Assembly: GCA_043228905.1 (NCBI GenBank)
Contig: JBHGNT010000018.1
Location: forward strand, 4,898,001 to 4,962,000
Length of the DNA stretch: 64,000 bases
Direction: 5' to 3'
Source of the DNA: Azolla caroliniana
Taxonomy: Eukaryota; Plantae; Polypodiophyta
Part shown: positions 34,054 to 47,655 of the stretch, piece by piece
Layout of the letters: each line of letters begins with the position of its first letter
Numbering within the stretch: position 1 is the first letter of the stretch
Notes under the pieces: model-generated
Databases searched by the model: none
Told to the model about the DNA's origin: nothing
The model's input: only the letters and a program-made list of their open reading frames with translations
Made by a program: the position numbers and the translations under genes

Positions 34054-37000
34054 AATAAGCACATCCAAACAAGTGCTACTCATGAAATCCACCATAGCAA
34101 CACCGGGAAATCTCAGCAGTGAATGTGAATTAAGTTGTTCATTATTGGTGAATGCATGCACATTCAGTTACTAATTGTTTTCTGTGAATGCATGCCACTT
34201 AACTTTAATTAAATTATTCATTGTTGTTTTCTAAATGTATGATCACTGAATTCTCTGTCATTGTTTGTGCATTTACATTCAAAAACTGTGATGTGAATGC
34301 TTTAACAGTGTCTATATGCCTTCTAGATTGCATTCGTTTAAAATAAATTCATGCAATTAAGTTGTAGTTTGGTTTGCACTTTCTATATGTCTGCAAATGA
34401 ATTTAATGATGTGAATGAATAGCTTGAAAGAAATGCTCTATCAGAATGCATGCTTGCTATGTCAACTTGATTAACTAAGAAATGGTAGTTGTAAAACTTC
34501 ATTCATGCAAAGGAATATGGATATTGAGCATAACTGAGCAGCATGGCAAAACCAACAGTTTCAGTGAGAATTCGCCTTGACTCATGTAAATAAGTATTTA
34601 ACGTGGCACAAACTCTTGTTTTTGCGCCTTCATGCATGTAAAGAACTTTGGACCTGAAATCCCTTGCATAAGAGAAAGGTTTCAACTTTTAATGAGACAC
34701 AACTGTTCTTTTAATGAGATTCAACCAGATCAACAAGGAAAAAAGTGCGTTTTTGGTGTGGGAATGACTGATCCAATAAGACAACAAGGGCTTTTCCTTT
34801 TTTGAAAAAAGATTAAATTAAGAAATAAAAATGATTTTATTGAATTTTTTTATTTTTGAAATTGAGTGTGATCTTTACACTAGATAGCTAATAGAAGGAA
34901 TTTAGCTTAACATAACTAATCATTCTAGTGAGCTTTGGGAGTTTTAATGTGTTTATGCGTGCAATGCAATTTAGTCTTATTTTCTGGAGAAGAATTTAAC
35001 ATAGCATGGAATTATGAATGTACTTGTCACTTTTAAAACTTGGAATGCTGGCAAACGTGGACTTTAGACTCTCCATCTGGATTTCATATCTATGCAGTCG
35101 ATGAAAAAAAAGCTCAAACCTTGTATTGATTATTGGTCCCTTCTTCCTGGTAGAGATTCTGTCTTGTCAATTATCTATTTAGTAGTTTCTTGCTCTTTCT
35201 ATACTCACACCACTGTAACTAGCTTAATTCTGCTGTATGTATTATATACACTAGCTTAAATATGATTGTGATGCTATCTTATTATTGTATTTGACAATTT
35301 GAGACATTATTATGTTGCCAATCACATTGTTTTGCCTAGTGTGAAAATATGCAAGATTTCAGAATGAGAATGCTGAGAAATTGTTTTGCTTAATGTGAAA
35401 CTGTACAAAAGTTCAGAATGAGAAGATGTATCACAATCTCTTGCATTATGAAGGTTTGCATCGTTCTCAAACTCTCCCAAGATGTTGCATAAACGACGGA
35501 GATGGCACTGGCAAGAATGATGGACTCATGAGGTCAAACAGTGGTCAAGAGAGAGAAAATGTGCGTACTCCACGAGGAAAACTATCAAAGAAGAAGCAGG
35601 TATACTTCTCAACAGATCCTTCCTAGTATTATGAGTTTTACTTGAAACCTTAACCTATGTTCAAGTCAGAAATGCTTAATTCATTTTATTTCAACCTTAG
35701 TTTTTCCATATTTCTGATGAAGTTCATGGTCTTTCGCTTCACTTCTATTGGTTCTAAAAACTAGAAACAGTACACATAGAGAATGCCAACTGAACAATTA
35801 ATTTTAGAAATCATCTTTCAAAATGTTTTGATGGAATACTTTAGGTTTGAAGGGAATAAGTAGTCCCTGATCATATCATTTTATGTTGCTACTTTTGTTT
35901 GGGACAGAAAAAGCTCATGAAGAGGTTAGCAACTGTGAACCCAAATGGCACAGTAGTGTTTGATGTGCATGGGAGTGCCCGAGTTGGGCGTGACTTGTTT
36001 GGTCCAGAAGTTGATTCTCCAGAGGTCGAAGAGGTCGCATCTGTTGTGGATGAAGGTGATGAGGAGAGAACCATTCCACCGTTGCAAATTGCAATGCTTA
36101 TTGTGGGAACTAGAGGAGATGTTCAACCATTTGTAGCAATTGGGAAACATTTGCAGGTTTGTGATTCTTCTGTGTAAAGCTACTGTTTTGAACTAGCACT
36201 ATATAATACGTATCTTTATGGTATTGTCCTGTGTATGCAATATAGTATGCTATCTTTTTTGTTGAATTTTACTTTCTGATGTCACAGGAATATGGACACC
36301 GGGTGAGGTTAGCGACTCATTCCAATTTTGAAGATTTTGTGCTGAGGGCAGGCCTAGAATTTTACCCCTTGGGCGGAGATCCCAAAGTACTTGCAGGATG
36401 TAAGTGCTGCATAGAAATTAGGGAAAAATAGAATACCTATAACTTATTGGGTATGATGAGAATACTTCTAAATCTCTATAATGTAACAAGAATACCCCCT
36501 TTATAACACATAATGTGCAAATTCAAAATTATCTAGTGAGTTTCTGGAAACTCAACGGCCTTATCTTTTCCATAGAAATTGTCACTACCTTGGATTCTAC
36601 TGTTAACGGAAAATCTCAGGCTAGGTATCTGCAGGCCTGATTGTTTGGTGTTAAGTCAGGTTACCTTGGATTATTGCATGAATTGGATTCTACTTTCTTC
36701 ATACAGATATGGTAAAAAATAAAGGAGTTCTGCCGTCAGGTCCATCAGAGATTCGAACCCAGCGGAAAGAGCTGAAAGCGATTATCAATTCTCTACTGGC
36801 TGCATGTATAGAGCCACATAAGAATGGTGTCCCTTTCAGAGCTCAGGCTATAATTGCTAATCCTCCAACCTATGGTAAAGTCTCTAACTGCTGCAATTTG
36901 TTACTGATTGATTATGCTATTATACGATATAGAGCTATATCCCTCAGTACTTCGGCATTGTAGTCACCACACTATTTGTTTGTAATGCATTATTATGTAA

Positions 37001-40000
37001 CTGATGTAATCTAGAATTTAAGATTGTCTTAGGAGAGTTTTCCTTCAATCCTTTCGCAGTCTTACCCCGCTCCTGGCTTTGATACCTTACCAATCAATGT
37101 GTTTGCTCAGGAGTTTCTTTAGATGTATCTGCAAGATTGTTTTAATTTGAGATTATGAGTGGATTGTCATCATCCCAATTTGTCTTTGCAACCTAGCTCT
37201 GGACTATGGATAGATGTATCTGTAGGGGTACATCTGTCTGCTTTCTAAAAATACGTCTCTGCCATCTGCTGGATGATGTTATCTATCTGTCCTTACATTC
37301 AGTATTTGTACACAATTGCATATTAGTCCCTAAAGTACTAGGTCACCTTCATCAATAAGATACCGCACTTATCTTTTCTAATGCTTGAAATATGAACGAG
37401 ATTTGCTTAGTAAATGTTTTTATTACTTTAGACGACATGAAATGTTTTCCCTGTATACTAAGTGTCTTGTATTGTATATAATTAGCAGTCCTCTTATCTC
37501 TCCACTTATGACTTAGATTTCATGCTTCCTGTGTTGTAGGCTTGTTTCATTTATTACTGAGGTTTGATCATTACTAGAAATAAAGTGACAATGCAAGTTG
37601 ATTTTAAGTAGATACGATTGCTAAATTACTGCCACTAGTTTAGAATCTGGGCTTGATATGTATATATATATACAGGACACGTACATGTTGCAGAAGCTTT
37701 GAGAGTCCCTGTGCATATCTTCTTCACCATGCCATGGACGTAAGCTTACATTCAATGTGTGTTTTCTGAGATTTTTCTCTATTTATGCAGTTGTTACAGT
37801 TTTTGAATAATTTTTGGTGTTTCTTTTCACTGTTCAGGCCAACAAGTGAGTTTCCCCATCCTCTGGCCCTTGTACACCACGCAGCTGCGAACAGAGTTAG
37901 GATAATTTTCATCCATTTACAAATGAGAGGGAATTGTTATTCTATTTAGAATCACCCCAGATGCATTTTCTGCTGCAGCTTTCCTATCAAGTCGTGGATG
38001 CATTCATATGGTGGGGAATAAGAGATATGATTAATGAATTCCGGAAGAAGAAATTGAAACTTCGGCCGATCACATATCTAAGTGGATCTCAAATATCCAT
38101 CTCAAAGCTACCCACTGGGTATATTTGGAGCCCTCACTTAGTACCAAAACCGAAAGGTCAAACATTTTTAATCATGAAAAGCATTTGCTATGATTATTTA
38201 TGCATACTTTTATTGATATTCACGTACTTTTGTTGCAAAAATCAGACTGGGGACCCCAAATTGATGTGGTGGGATTCTGTTTCTTGAACCTTTCCCAAGA
38301 TTATAAACCGCCAGAATCACTTGTGACCTTTTTAGCTGCTGGACCTCCCCCAATTTATGTTGGATTTGGAAGTTTGGTATTGTTTTAACTCCCAGTTTGG
38401 AATGTTTACCTATTATTTGTATGGTTTGGTGCATTCTTTGTACAAAACCCTATAAAGCTCTCATTTGGCAATCCTTTTCTTGTACAGCCTGTCGAAAATC
38501 CTGAAGGCATGACAGAGATTATTGTTCAAGCTTTATCAGAAACCTCTCAGAGGGGAATTATTGACAAAGGTTGGGGTGGAATTGGAAGATGTAAGTCTCA
38601 TAACATTACAGGCTTTGGAAGATCATATGTTTACTTGCCGCTTGAGCTACTTAATAAATATTCTCAATCCTAAGTCTGGAAGATTCAGTCCCCAGTTTGT
38701 TTTCAGAGTAAAAAGGCTAATTTGCAAGGGCAAAACATCAATGCTGATTCTATAAGATTTCCTTTTCTATGTTACAATAGAACTGAAAATAAAATATCAT
38801 TAATGCAACAGAGATATTAATGGTTATTAAGACGCGAAAGTTATGAAAAGGTGCATTAAAAAGCAATTCAGGTAAACTGACCTATCAGTGTTGAGATTCA
38901 AGAACGTCAGGACCTCAGTTTTTATGCGGACCTTTTCTATGTGCAATTATAATTTGTAACATGCTCGGGCAATGAAGAAACTGACAGTCAGTGTTTTAGG
39001 CTGCTGGATGGATAATGGCCAGCTAGAAAAGTTGAAATTTGGAATATTTCATCATGGATTACCACAGAGTTCACTGTCAGGACCTCAGTTTTTATGTGGA
39101 CCTTTTCTATGTGCAAGTATAATATGTAACATGCTTGGGCAGTGAAGAAACTGACAGTCCAAGTGTTTTAGGCCTCTGGATGGATAATGGCCACCTAGAA
39201 AAGTTGAAATATTTCATCATGGATCACGACAGAATTCCCTATCCACTCATATGTGAGGCTGAATATTCATATTCTTAATTAATTAATGTTTCTGGTTATC
39301 TGATAAATGGAGGCCACTGGTATTATGTGTATATAGTAAACCAAAGGTTAGAAATTTGAAATTATAGCTTACCTGGTCAAATTCTCATAATCTTTTTGCT
39401 CTTAATATTCATCCATTGTTTACTTCAGTGAAAACCCCGTGCGACTCTATATATCTTTTGGAGAATTGTCCTCATGACTGGTTGTTTCCTCAATGTGCTG
39501 CAGTGGTAAGAAATCCCTCCATTTACTCAATATTGTTTCTAGATAAATAAGATATGTAATAAAAGAACTAGGAGGGATTTCCTCTATATACTGCCAAAAT
39601 TTAGGTTCTTGATCTGTTGAAGATTGAGACACTGAGCCAGAGTTTCAATTGTAAATATGTTTCAAAAAGGTTTCTGTTGAGTTTTATAAGCATTTGGAAA
39701 ACATTTTGTAGGTTTATGTTTGTAGGCTAAGATTAAGTTTCAATTGAATTTTATAAACATTTGGCAAATTAAGAGTTGTGTTATGTTGTTACAAGGTAAA
39801 TTCTGTATTGATTAGGCATGGCGGTAACTGCACAATTTGCAGTGTAATGGAAACTACATGGAAAGAAACCGATCATAATCTTGCAATGATAATAATCATC
39901 CTTGAAAGAAAAAGAATTTAAATTTTTTGTAGATAACAATATTATTTAGCAGACATAGATGCTTTTTGTAGGGCAGAATATTTTCAAAATTTTAGCATGT

Positions 40001-41230
40001 TACCAATAAAAAGTTGAAGCGTGCTGCTGATCATTTAACATGATTTCGAACAACTATTCTAATTAGAAAATCTGTACTAGTACCATCCCTATTTAATTAT
40101 AAATCTCTCTTGATTGCACCTATTTATAATTCATTTTCTCATTTCATAAACTAACTTGCCATTTTATCCATTAATTCGTGGGATGAATAGTATGTGGAAA
40201 TATTCCGGGGCGTGTTACCCAACAGTTTTACATTTGTGACAGATTGAGTCACCTATAATGCTTGTTTACATTGGTGAAAGTGCAGTACATGCTAACTGAT
40301 TTAGTCTGGCAATTGTACTGTGATTCAAAATGGCCTGTGTATTGATTGATGCCAGGTTCATCATGGAGGAGCAGGTACTACAGCAGCTGGATTGAAAGCA
40401 GCGGTATGTATCTATGATATGACTAATTCCACGGAATACTTAGATGATGAAAATATGTTCCGGAGTTTCTTGTGGTTTCCTTTTCCAAATATCTGAGCCA
40501 GTTTTCTATGTTTGATAATTTCCAGTGCCCAACTACCATTGTTCCTTTCTTTGGAGATCAGCCATTTTGGGGTGATAGAGTACATGCCAAGGGTTTAGGG
40601 CCAACCCCTATCCCTGTGGGGCAGTTCACTCTCGATAAGCTTATTGATGCCATAAATTACATGAAGAATCCAGATGTATGCTCTCTGTACACGAGAATTC
40701 AAATTAAAATTGATATCTTATGCTTACAGAAAAAGTTCCTACGCCACATTGGTAAAAGCAAAACTTAATGGGTTAATGGGTTTGTAATAAAGAGTATAGA
40801 ACTAAAACAGTTTGAGGAATCTTGATACATGGCAAGACTTGAGATTAGTGAATGGATATCTAGCAGAACTAAAATTATACAAGGAAGCTTGATTCATTAC
40901 AAGATTCCAGAAGTGTTAAATGGATTTCTAGTTGCAGAATATTCGAACTAAAATGACATAGAAATTTGAAAAGAATTAAAGATTATCCTGTGGTAGAATA
41001 TCGAACTAAAATGTGAACCATGTGGATGTGTTGGCCAGGTGAAACAAAGGGCAGTTGAGTTGGCGAAGGCAATGGAGCATGAAGATGGGGTATCTGGTGC
41101 TGTAAATGCATTCCATAGGCATTTACCGCGAGAGATGCCACAGAAATATGATCCTGTCACTTCAAAAACACTTATAGAACGTGTAACAGAGCTTCGAATC
41201 TTCTCATGCTTTGGTACACAACTAGCATAA
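33479..41230 (+). CDS. UGT80A: sterol 3-beta-glucosyltransferase (UGT80A-like), 14 coding exons, about 728 aa
   Basis: Exons 33479-33989, 35454-35599, 35908-36156, 36288-36399, 36707-36874, 37676-37739, 37838-37895, 37979-38156, 38246-38376, 38488-38590, 39429-39505, 40356-40403, 40526-40675, 41039-41230; all GT-AG, total 2187 nt in frame. Motifs IVGTRGDVQPF, GHRVRLATH, IIANPP, FFTMPWTPT, YVGFGSL, CPHDWLF, VHHGGAGTTAAG, VPFFGDQPFWG. Exon 1 and start codon less certain. Confidence 0.92.
38906..39237 (+). repeat. 170-bp intronic tandem duplication
   Basis: Units start GTCAGGACCTCAGTTTTTATG at 38906 and 39076; scattered substitutions and small indels. Confidence 0.9.
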
Positions 41231-41534
41231 GTCAAAGCCGTGTATGGTTGGCACTTTGCCATTCTTTATGCAATTATATGTGATTTATCTGATGGTGGCA
41301 AGCATTTGTTATGTCAGAGTGGGGATTTAATACTTGTGTCTCTGCCATTGGTGTTGATTAAATTTTCTCAAGAGTTTGTTGTGTATACGGAGTTTAAGAG
41401 ATTGTTCTTCAATTTCTTTAATATGGTGCCAGATGCAGATAATATGGTGCTGTTTATGTAAGGAAAATGGATACAGTTCATTCGAACATATTTTTATTTA
41501 ATATTTTTATTATAGCTTATGTATTAGAAAGCAC

Positions 41535-41950
41535 TTTAACTCTTGATTAAGTAGCTAACTGCCAAAGAGACTTGTTAACAAGAAGTTAGAACAATCTAAA
41601 TAAGTATCCTACTTACCAGGGTAATGAATGAAAACAAAATTCTATATTAGTTAGTCACCGGTGAGACTTATTATTAATGATAGCAAAATAAATAACTCTA
41701 TCCTATTCACAAGGCAAATGAATGAAAACAAACTTGTTTGTTTAAAATTCACATATACTTGGTGCTCTTGATTAAATAGCTAGCAAACTAATAAGGCTTA
41801 TTAATGAGAACAATCTAAATAAGTATCCTACTTACAAGGCTAATGAATGAAAACATACTTGTTTATTATTACTAATGAGACTTGTTAATGGAAGCAAACT
41901 AAATGACTATTCTACTGACAAGCCTAATGAATGGAAACAAACTTGATTAC
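41535..41950 (+). repeat. degenerate tandem repeat downstream of the gene
   Basis: AATGAATG(A/G)AAACA recurs near 41623, 41717, 41842 and 41926; AATCTAAATAAGTATCCTACTTAC occurs twice about 219 bp apart. Confidence 0.65.
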
Positions 41951-43653
41951 TAGTCAGTCCAACTAGAATTCTTCCCAACTTATGTATGAAAGATTCTGGT
42001 GTTGTATTCTAGTATACCACTAGTGAAGAGTGGCTATAGTAGAGGAGTATAAAACTCAACGTTTTTCCTTTTGCTGTGAACAATTAGCTCGAGCACATTG
42101 TTAGTGATTGTATGATGTCATTCATGTTTGTATTGACATTGAAGGAGGCCATCCATCCCATTATCTCTATGTTTGAATGCTTAACATCATTATTGCATTA
42201 GTGTTACTATCTTTCAGGTTTAGGAATTGCCAAATTGTGCCAATCTTGTAGTAATTCCAGAATGAAGATCTATTTTCTTAGGTACTAACCCAATTGTTCC
42301 CTAAATGAGGGTAAAATTTCACTTCTTGCACATGGTCACCATCTATAATGTGATGGAATGTGCCAACATAATGCTTTGAACGATTGGAAGTGTCTAGCGC
42401 TCTATTTCTTTTTCACGTTTCACTTTGCTTCCTCACTCGCATAATCATTCATTACATCAAATTTACAACCTCATGGAGAGGTCAATGTAAAAGCATTCAA
42501 CATTAGATCAACTCCGAAGGCTAGTATTAAGTCATTGGTTGATCTCAATGTGCTTCATATAATAGAAGATGAAGTAATTTTGCATCCTTGAAATAATCAC
42601 TATTTCATTCATTACCAAATGTAATATTAAATTGCGCTATCAAAGTTGGTTTCTTCAGGCATAACATTTTTAAATTGCATGGGGAAATATCCATTAGCAA
42701 ATTCAATATTGTTATAGAATAGACTATTAAGCAAGTTCAAAAAGTGATTAGATATTAATCAAGATCACTAATCACATATCAAGATAATCTCTCAATAGAG
42801 CTCATAGGCTATGCTCTTCTATATATAATCCAAAATGATTGAGATACATAAGTTTATGACCCACAAAATGATGGGATGCATGCATACATTTACATAATGA
42901 AGTCTTGTTAACTAAAGCTTAAGACTAAATAGATATAGCATGACTCATTTCATGCATGAGTTCATAACACGCCCCCTCATCGCATCATCATTGTTTTAGC
43001 TAATTAGCTCTGATAATCTTCTGAGTCCAAGAGAAGGAATGTTCAACCAATGTTTTGATGTAGGTAAGCTTTTGGTAAAAATATCCGCCAAGTTCTTGCT
43101 TGATGTAATAGGTTGAATGTTGATATAATTATCATTGAGCTCATGAGTAAAGAAAAACTTGGGAGAAATATGTTTGATTCGATCACCTTTAATGAAGCCC
43201 TTCTTGAATTGAGTAATGCAAGCATTATTATCTTCATAGATAACTGTTGGTAATGAGGGGCCGATAAAACTGCAAGAACTTTCAATATGCTTGATTAAGC
43301 ATTGTAACCATAGGCATTCTCGACTTGCTTCATGTAATGCCAATATCTCAACATGATTTGAAGATGTTGCGGTCAATGTTTGCTTTGTCGATCGCCAAGA
43401 TATTGATGTACCACCAACAAGGAAAACATGTCTTGTTTGTGATCTACCAACATGAGGGTCAGATAAGAACCCAACGTTAGAATAACCAGTCAATTGACAG
43501 TGCATAGAATCGTCGGTAAAGAAAAGACCCATATCTTTAGTGCCTCATAAATATCGAAAAATCTACACAATTCCAGTCCAGTGTCTCCTGGTAGGATCGT
43601 GACTATATCGAGCCAGCAAATTGATAGCGAACGAAATGTTCGGACGCGTACAA

Positions 43654-43761
43654 TTGGCCAAGTATATAAGTGCACCAACAACAACCATGTTGGCCAAGTA
43701 CATATGTGCACCAACAACAACCATGTTGGCCAAGTACATAAGTGCACCAACATCAGCCATG
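43654..43761 (-). repeat. 36-bp triplication inside the Bianca RT
   Basis: Units at 43654, 43690 and 43726 encode VGAL(M/I)YLAN-like sequence three times. Confidence 0.9.
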
Positions 43762-46700
43762 TAAGGATACTGTGATCCCAATGCTGACTTGTTAGAAGAT
43801 CTTGGCCGAAATGGGTCACGAGAAGGATCTAGAGATTACACTACCATAGGAGTTCTAATAGAATGAGCTTGATCCATAGAAAACTGTTTTAATATTTTAT
43901 GGATATAAGAGCTCTGATGAAGAAGAATTCCATTAGATAGGTGGTCGATCTGAAGACCCAAGAAGAATGTAGTTAAACCGAGGTCTTTCATTTCAAATTG
44001 GTGGCCAAGCATAACAACAACATCTTCAATAGCATTGGATGTTCCAATAATATTGAGATCATCAACATAAATAGCGATGATGACAAATTCTTTGAGATAA
44101 TGCTTGATAAATATGCAAGGACAAATATCATCATTCTTAAATCCATGAGAAAGAAGATATTGAGAAAGATGTTGATACCACATACGACTGGCTTGTTTAA
44201 GCCCATAAAGTGACTTACATAACTTGATCGATGAATTGCAAAATTTTCCACGCTGCATAGATTTGCAAAGTTCTTCAGGTATTGTCATGTATATATCTTT
44301 ATCCAAATCACCATAAAGATAAGTTGTAACCACATCCATGAGACGCATATGAAGACTTCGTTGAACAGTAAAATGAATCAACAAACGAAAACTCGTTGCA
44401 ACCATAACCGGAGAATATGTATCAATATAATCAATACCAAATTGTTGCGTGAAACCTTGAGCACCAAACCTTGCCTTATAACAAATAACTTCTCCTTTAT
44501 CATTATGCTTCCGCACAAAAACCCAACGATAGCGAACAGGTGTATGATCAATAGGTGTCTCTTGAATTTTACCAAAAACTCCTCTTTTGAGAAGACTATT
44601 TAACTCAATCTAAATAGCTTCTTTCCACTTATCCCAAAAAGGAGATGCTTTTGCTTCTTGAATAGTTTGAGGAATCCGATTCGTTCACGAAAGTTGTTGT
44701 GACATAGAAAATGAAGATATCATTAACCTCTTGTCGTGTTATTAACTTCGAATTAGCATAATTAGAAATTGGAGATTCTTCACTAATTATCCTATTTGAT
44801 ACTATAGGAACTTCAACTTTAGCCTCGGTTGTTGGTTTTCGCTTTCGTAATTGTTTATCTTTTGCTCCAATAGGCCGTCCACGCTTCCTTTGAGATTCTA
44901 CAACATGTGCCAGTGATTCACCAATCAAAATTCGAGCAAGCACGTTCATAGCAGGATTAATGTCAGAGACCTTCATATTGAAAGTGTCAACAAAAGCATC
45001 CGGAGCATTGTTGGCAATACTTTGTAGATGTAATATTCGTTGAATTTCTTTCTCCCCCTCTCTAGTATAAGGATCTAGTGGTATTGGTTTATCTTTGGGC
45101 TAATTGAATATTACAATTTGATCAATCTTTCATGATGTTTCTCTTTTCCATTTATCTTCCCCTAAAATCCGGAAAGTTGATTCATCAAATTGGCAATCGG
45201 CAAAGCGAGTTGTAAATAAATCACTAGTTGTAGGTTCGAGATAGCGGATGATTGAAGGAGAGTTGAAACCCACATAAATTCCGAGACGACGTTGAGGACC
45301 AAGTTTCCTATGGTAAGGTAGAGAAATAGGAATATAAACTGCACAACGAAATACTCGTAAATGAGAAACAGAGGGTGGAAAACCTGTGATGAGTTGATGG
45401 GGAGAGGAAACATGTTATGATGACAGCTGTAATCGGAGAAGTTGCGCGGCATGAAGTACTGCATGTCCCCATGTTGAACTAGGCAAATTCGATTTGAGAA
45501 GAATCGGCCACACAATTACTTTGATTTGTTTAATCAAAGATTCGGCCATACCATTTTGAGTGTGAACATGAGGACTTGAATCTTCAAAATTAATACCGAT
45601 AGATTCACAATAGCGAATAAAGGTTGTTGACGTAAACTCGGTAGTGTTGTCCATCCGAATCGACTTAATTGGAAAATCTGGGAATTGAGCACGCAACTTG
45701 ATGATAAGGATGAGGAGTCGAGGCAATGCCATGTTGCGAGTAGAAATAAGTGTGACATGAGAAAAACGCGATCAAGCATCTTTGACTCCCATGAAGTAAT
45801 AAAATGGTCTAGAAGAAGGGTGTACTGGTCTATGGATATCACCAGGTATACGCTCCAAAAATTTTGGTGACTCATACGGTTCCTTGTGCAAGGAAGGACG
45901 AATCACCAACTTTCCTTGTGCGCATGGAACACAAAAAAAAGTTTTAACTTGATTCAAGTATTGTAACTTTAAAGGTTACAGATCTTGAACATTATTCATC
46001 ATTCTCCTAGCAATCATTGTATGGCCATGATGACCTAGTCTATCATGCCAAAGATCCATTATGTCGGTATTGACCTTCGAGGAAATATTGGAGTAGTGGG
46101 CATATGAAGTCATGCGGATCTTCGAGGCTTTAAGATTGAAACAATACAATTGGTTTGATAAGACTTCTAACTCATCAATAACTTGGGTAGTATTTGACAG
46201 GACCTGGTGCTTGACAACTCGCATTGTCTCTCTCCCATCTTGTTCCCATGTCATGAGATGGTATCCATTGCGTCGCACATTTACAAATGCAAGAAGATTT
46301 CTTAGTGAGGTAGGTGCATAGATAGGATCATGTATTTCCAAGAAAACACCACTTGGAAGTTGGATAGTGGCGGGGCATCTTCCTTGTCCAATATAAGAAC
46401 TAGCTATAGTCTTGATGTCGAAAGGGTCAGAATGATCTTTAATATGATGAAAGAATTGTTTATGACATAGGATAGTGTGTGTTGAGGCGCAATCAATAAG
46501 ACAAAGAAAACAGCTTGTATGCAAATCAATCATATGGGCTTCAATCATGTTGGCTTCGGGCTCGAATTCCAAAGGTTGATCCATAAAACTATATTCCAAG
46601 GTTGAAATTGATGGTGAGATCGTTGATGTTTCTGCTACCATATTAGCCTCTGGTTTCCTATCTTGACCTTGCTTGCCATATTTCTGGTAGAGATCAATAT

Positions 46701-47641
46701 GAAACTTAGAAGTTCAACAAGTATTTTCCTAGTGCCCTCGTAAACCACATCGAACACATAAATTCAATGAAGGCTTACCTTGACTTGATTTTGATTGATA
46801 ATGCATTGGCTTGACTTGATTATTTGTGGGATATTGATTCCTTTGTTGATTTCTTCTTCCTCTTCCTCTTCCTCAACTCTGTGCATATGGATGTTGATGA
46901 CGATGTTGTCGTTTAGAATAATTACTCTCGACATGCGTCAAATCCTTGAATTGTAGAGGAGCCGCAAGTTGACTAACTAGATGAAATTTGTCGTTTTGGA
47001 GGAGAACTTGGTGGCGTTGCTCAACGACAAGAAGTGTAGATAAAAGTTCAGCATATGTTTTAAAATCACGATTATGATATTGTTCGGAAAGATTAAAATT
47101 TGAGGGATGAAAAGTAGTTAACGTTTTGTTGATTAGATTCGTGCCTCTTGAACAAGGTTGTCATGACCACCAAATTTAAGTTTAGAAACGATACCAAACA
47201 ATGAGGAATTATATTCAGCAATTGTCTTGAAATCTTGAAAATGAAGTTGATTCCATTCATGCAAAGTGTTGGGGCCAAGAACAGTTCGTTGATGATCAAA
47301 GCGGGTTTTGAGTTGCTTCCAAAGAGTTGATGGATTGTTGATGGAGAAGTATTGATTTTGAAGGCTTACATAAAGGTGATGAAGGATGAAGATGAAGGTT
47401 TCCACTCCCTTCTTCCTAGCATTTGAGTTCTCAACATCATTAAAATTATCACTTATCGTATGAAGGAGATCTTTCGCCGTGAGATGGCCTTCGACATGAA
47501 CCATCCAAGTCATATAATTGAACCCATCCAACATAAGTGGTGGGAATAAACATTTCTCTATTTGTAGAGCTTGAGAAGCCATACTAATGGTAACAATAAG
47601 GTTTGTATAAGAGAAGAATTAATTGCTATGGTAGAGGCTAA

Positions 47642-47655
47642 TCGTGCTAATAACG
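47642..47655 (-). promoter_or_regulatory. half-tRNA-iMet type PBS of Bianca
   Basis: Minus strand CGTTATTAGCACGA directly after the LTR CA; one change from the Bianca-type CGTTATCAGCACG; no TGG. Confidence 0.75.

Noticed and set aside
43654-43761. CRISPR-like 36-bp repeats
   Set aside because: Contiguous units without spacers, inside a retrotransposon RT in eukaryotic DNA.
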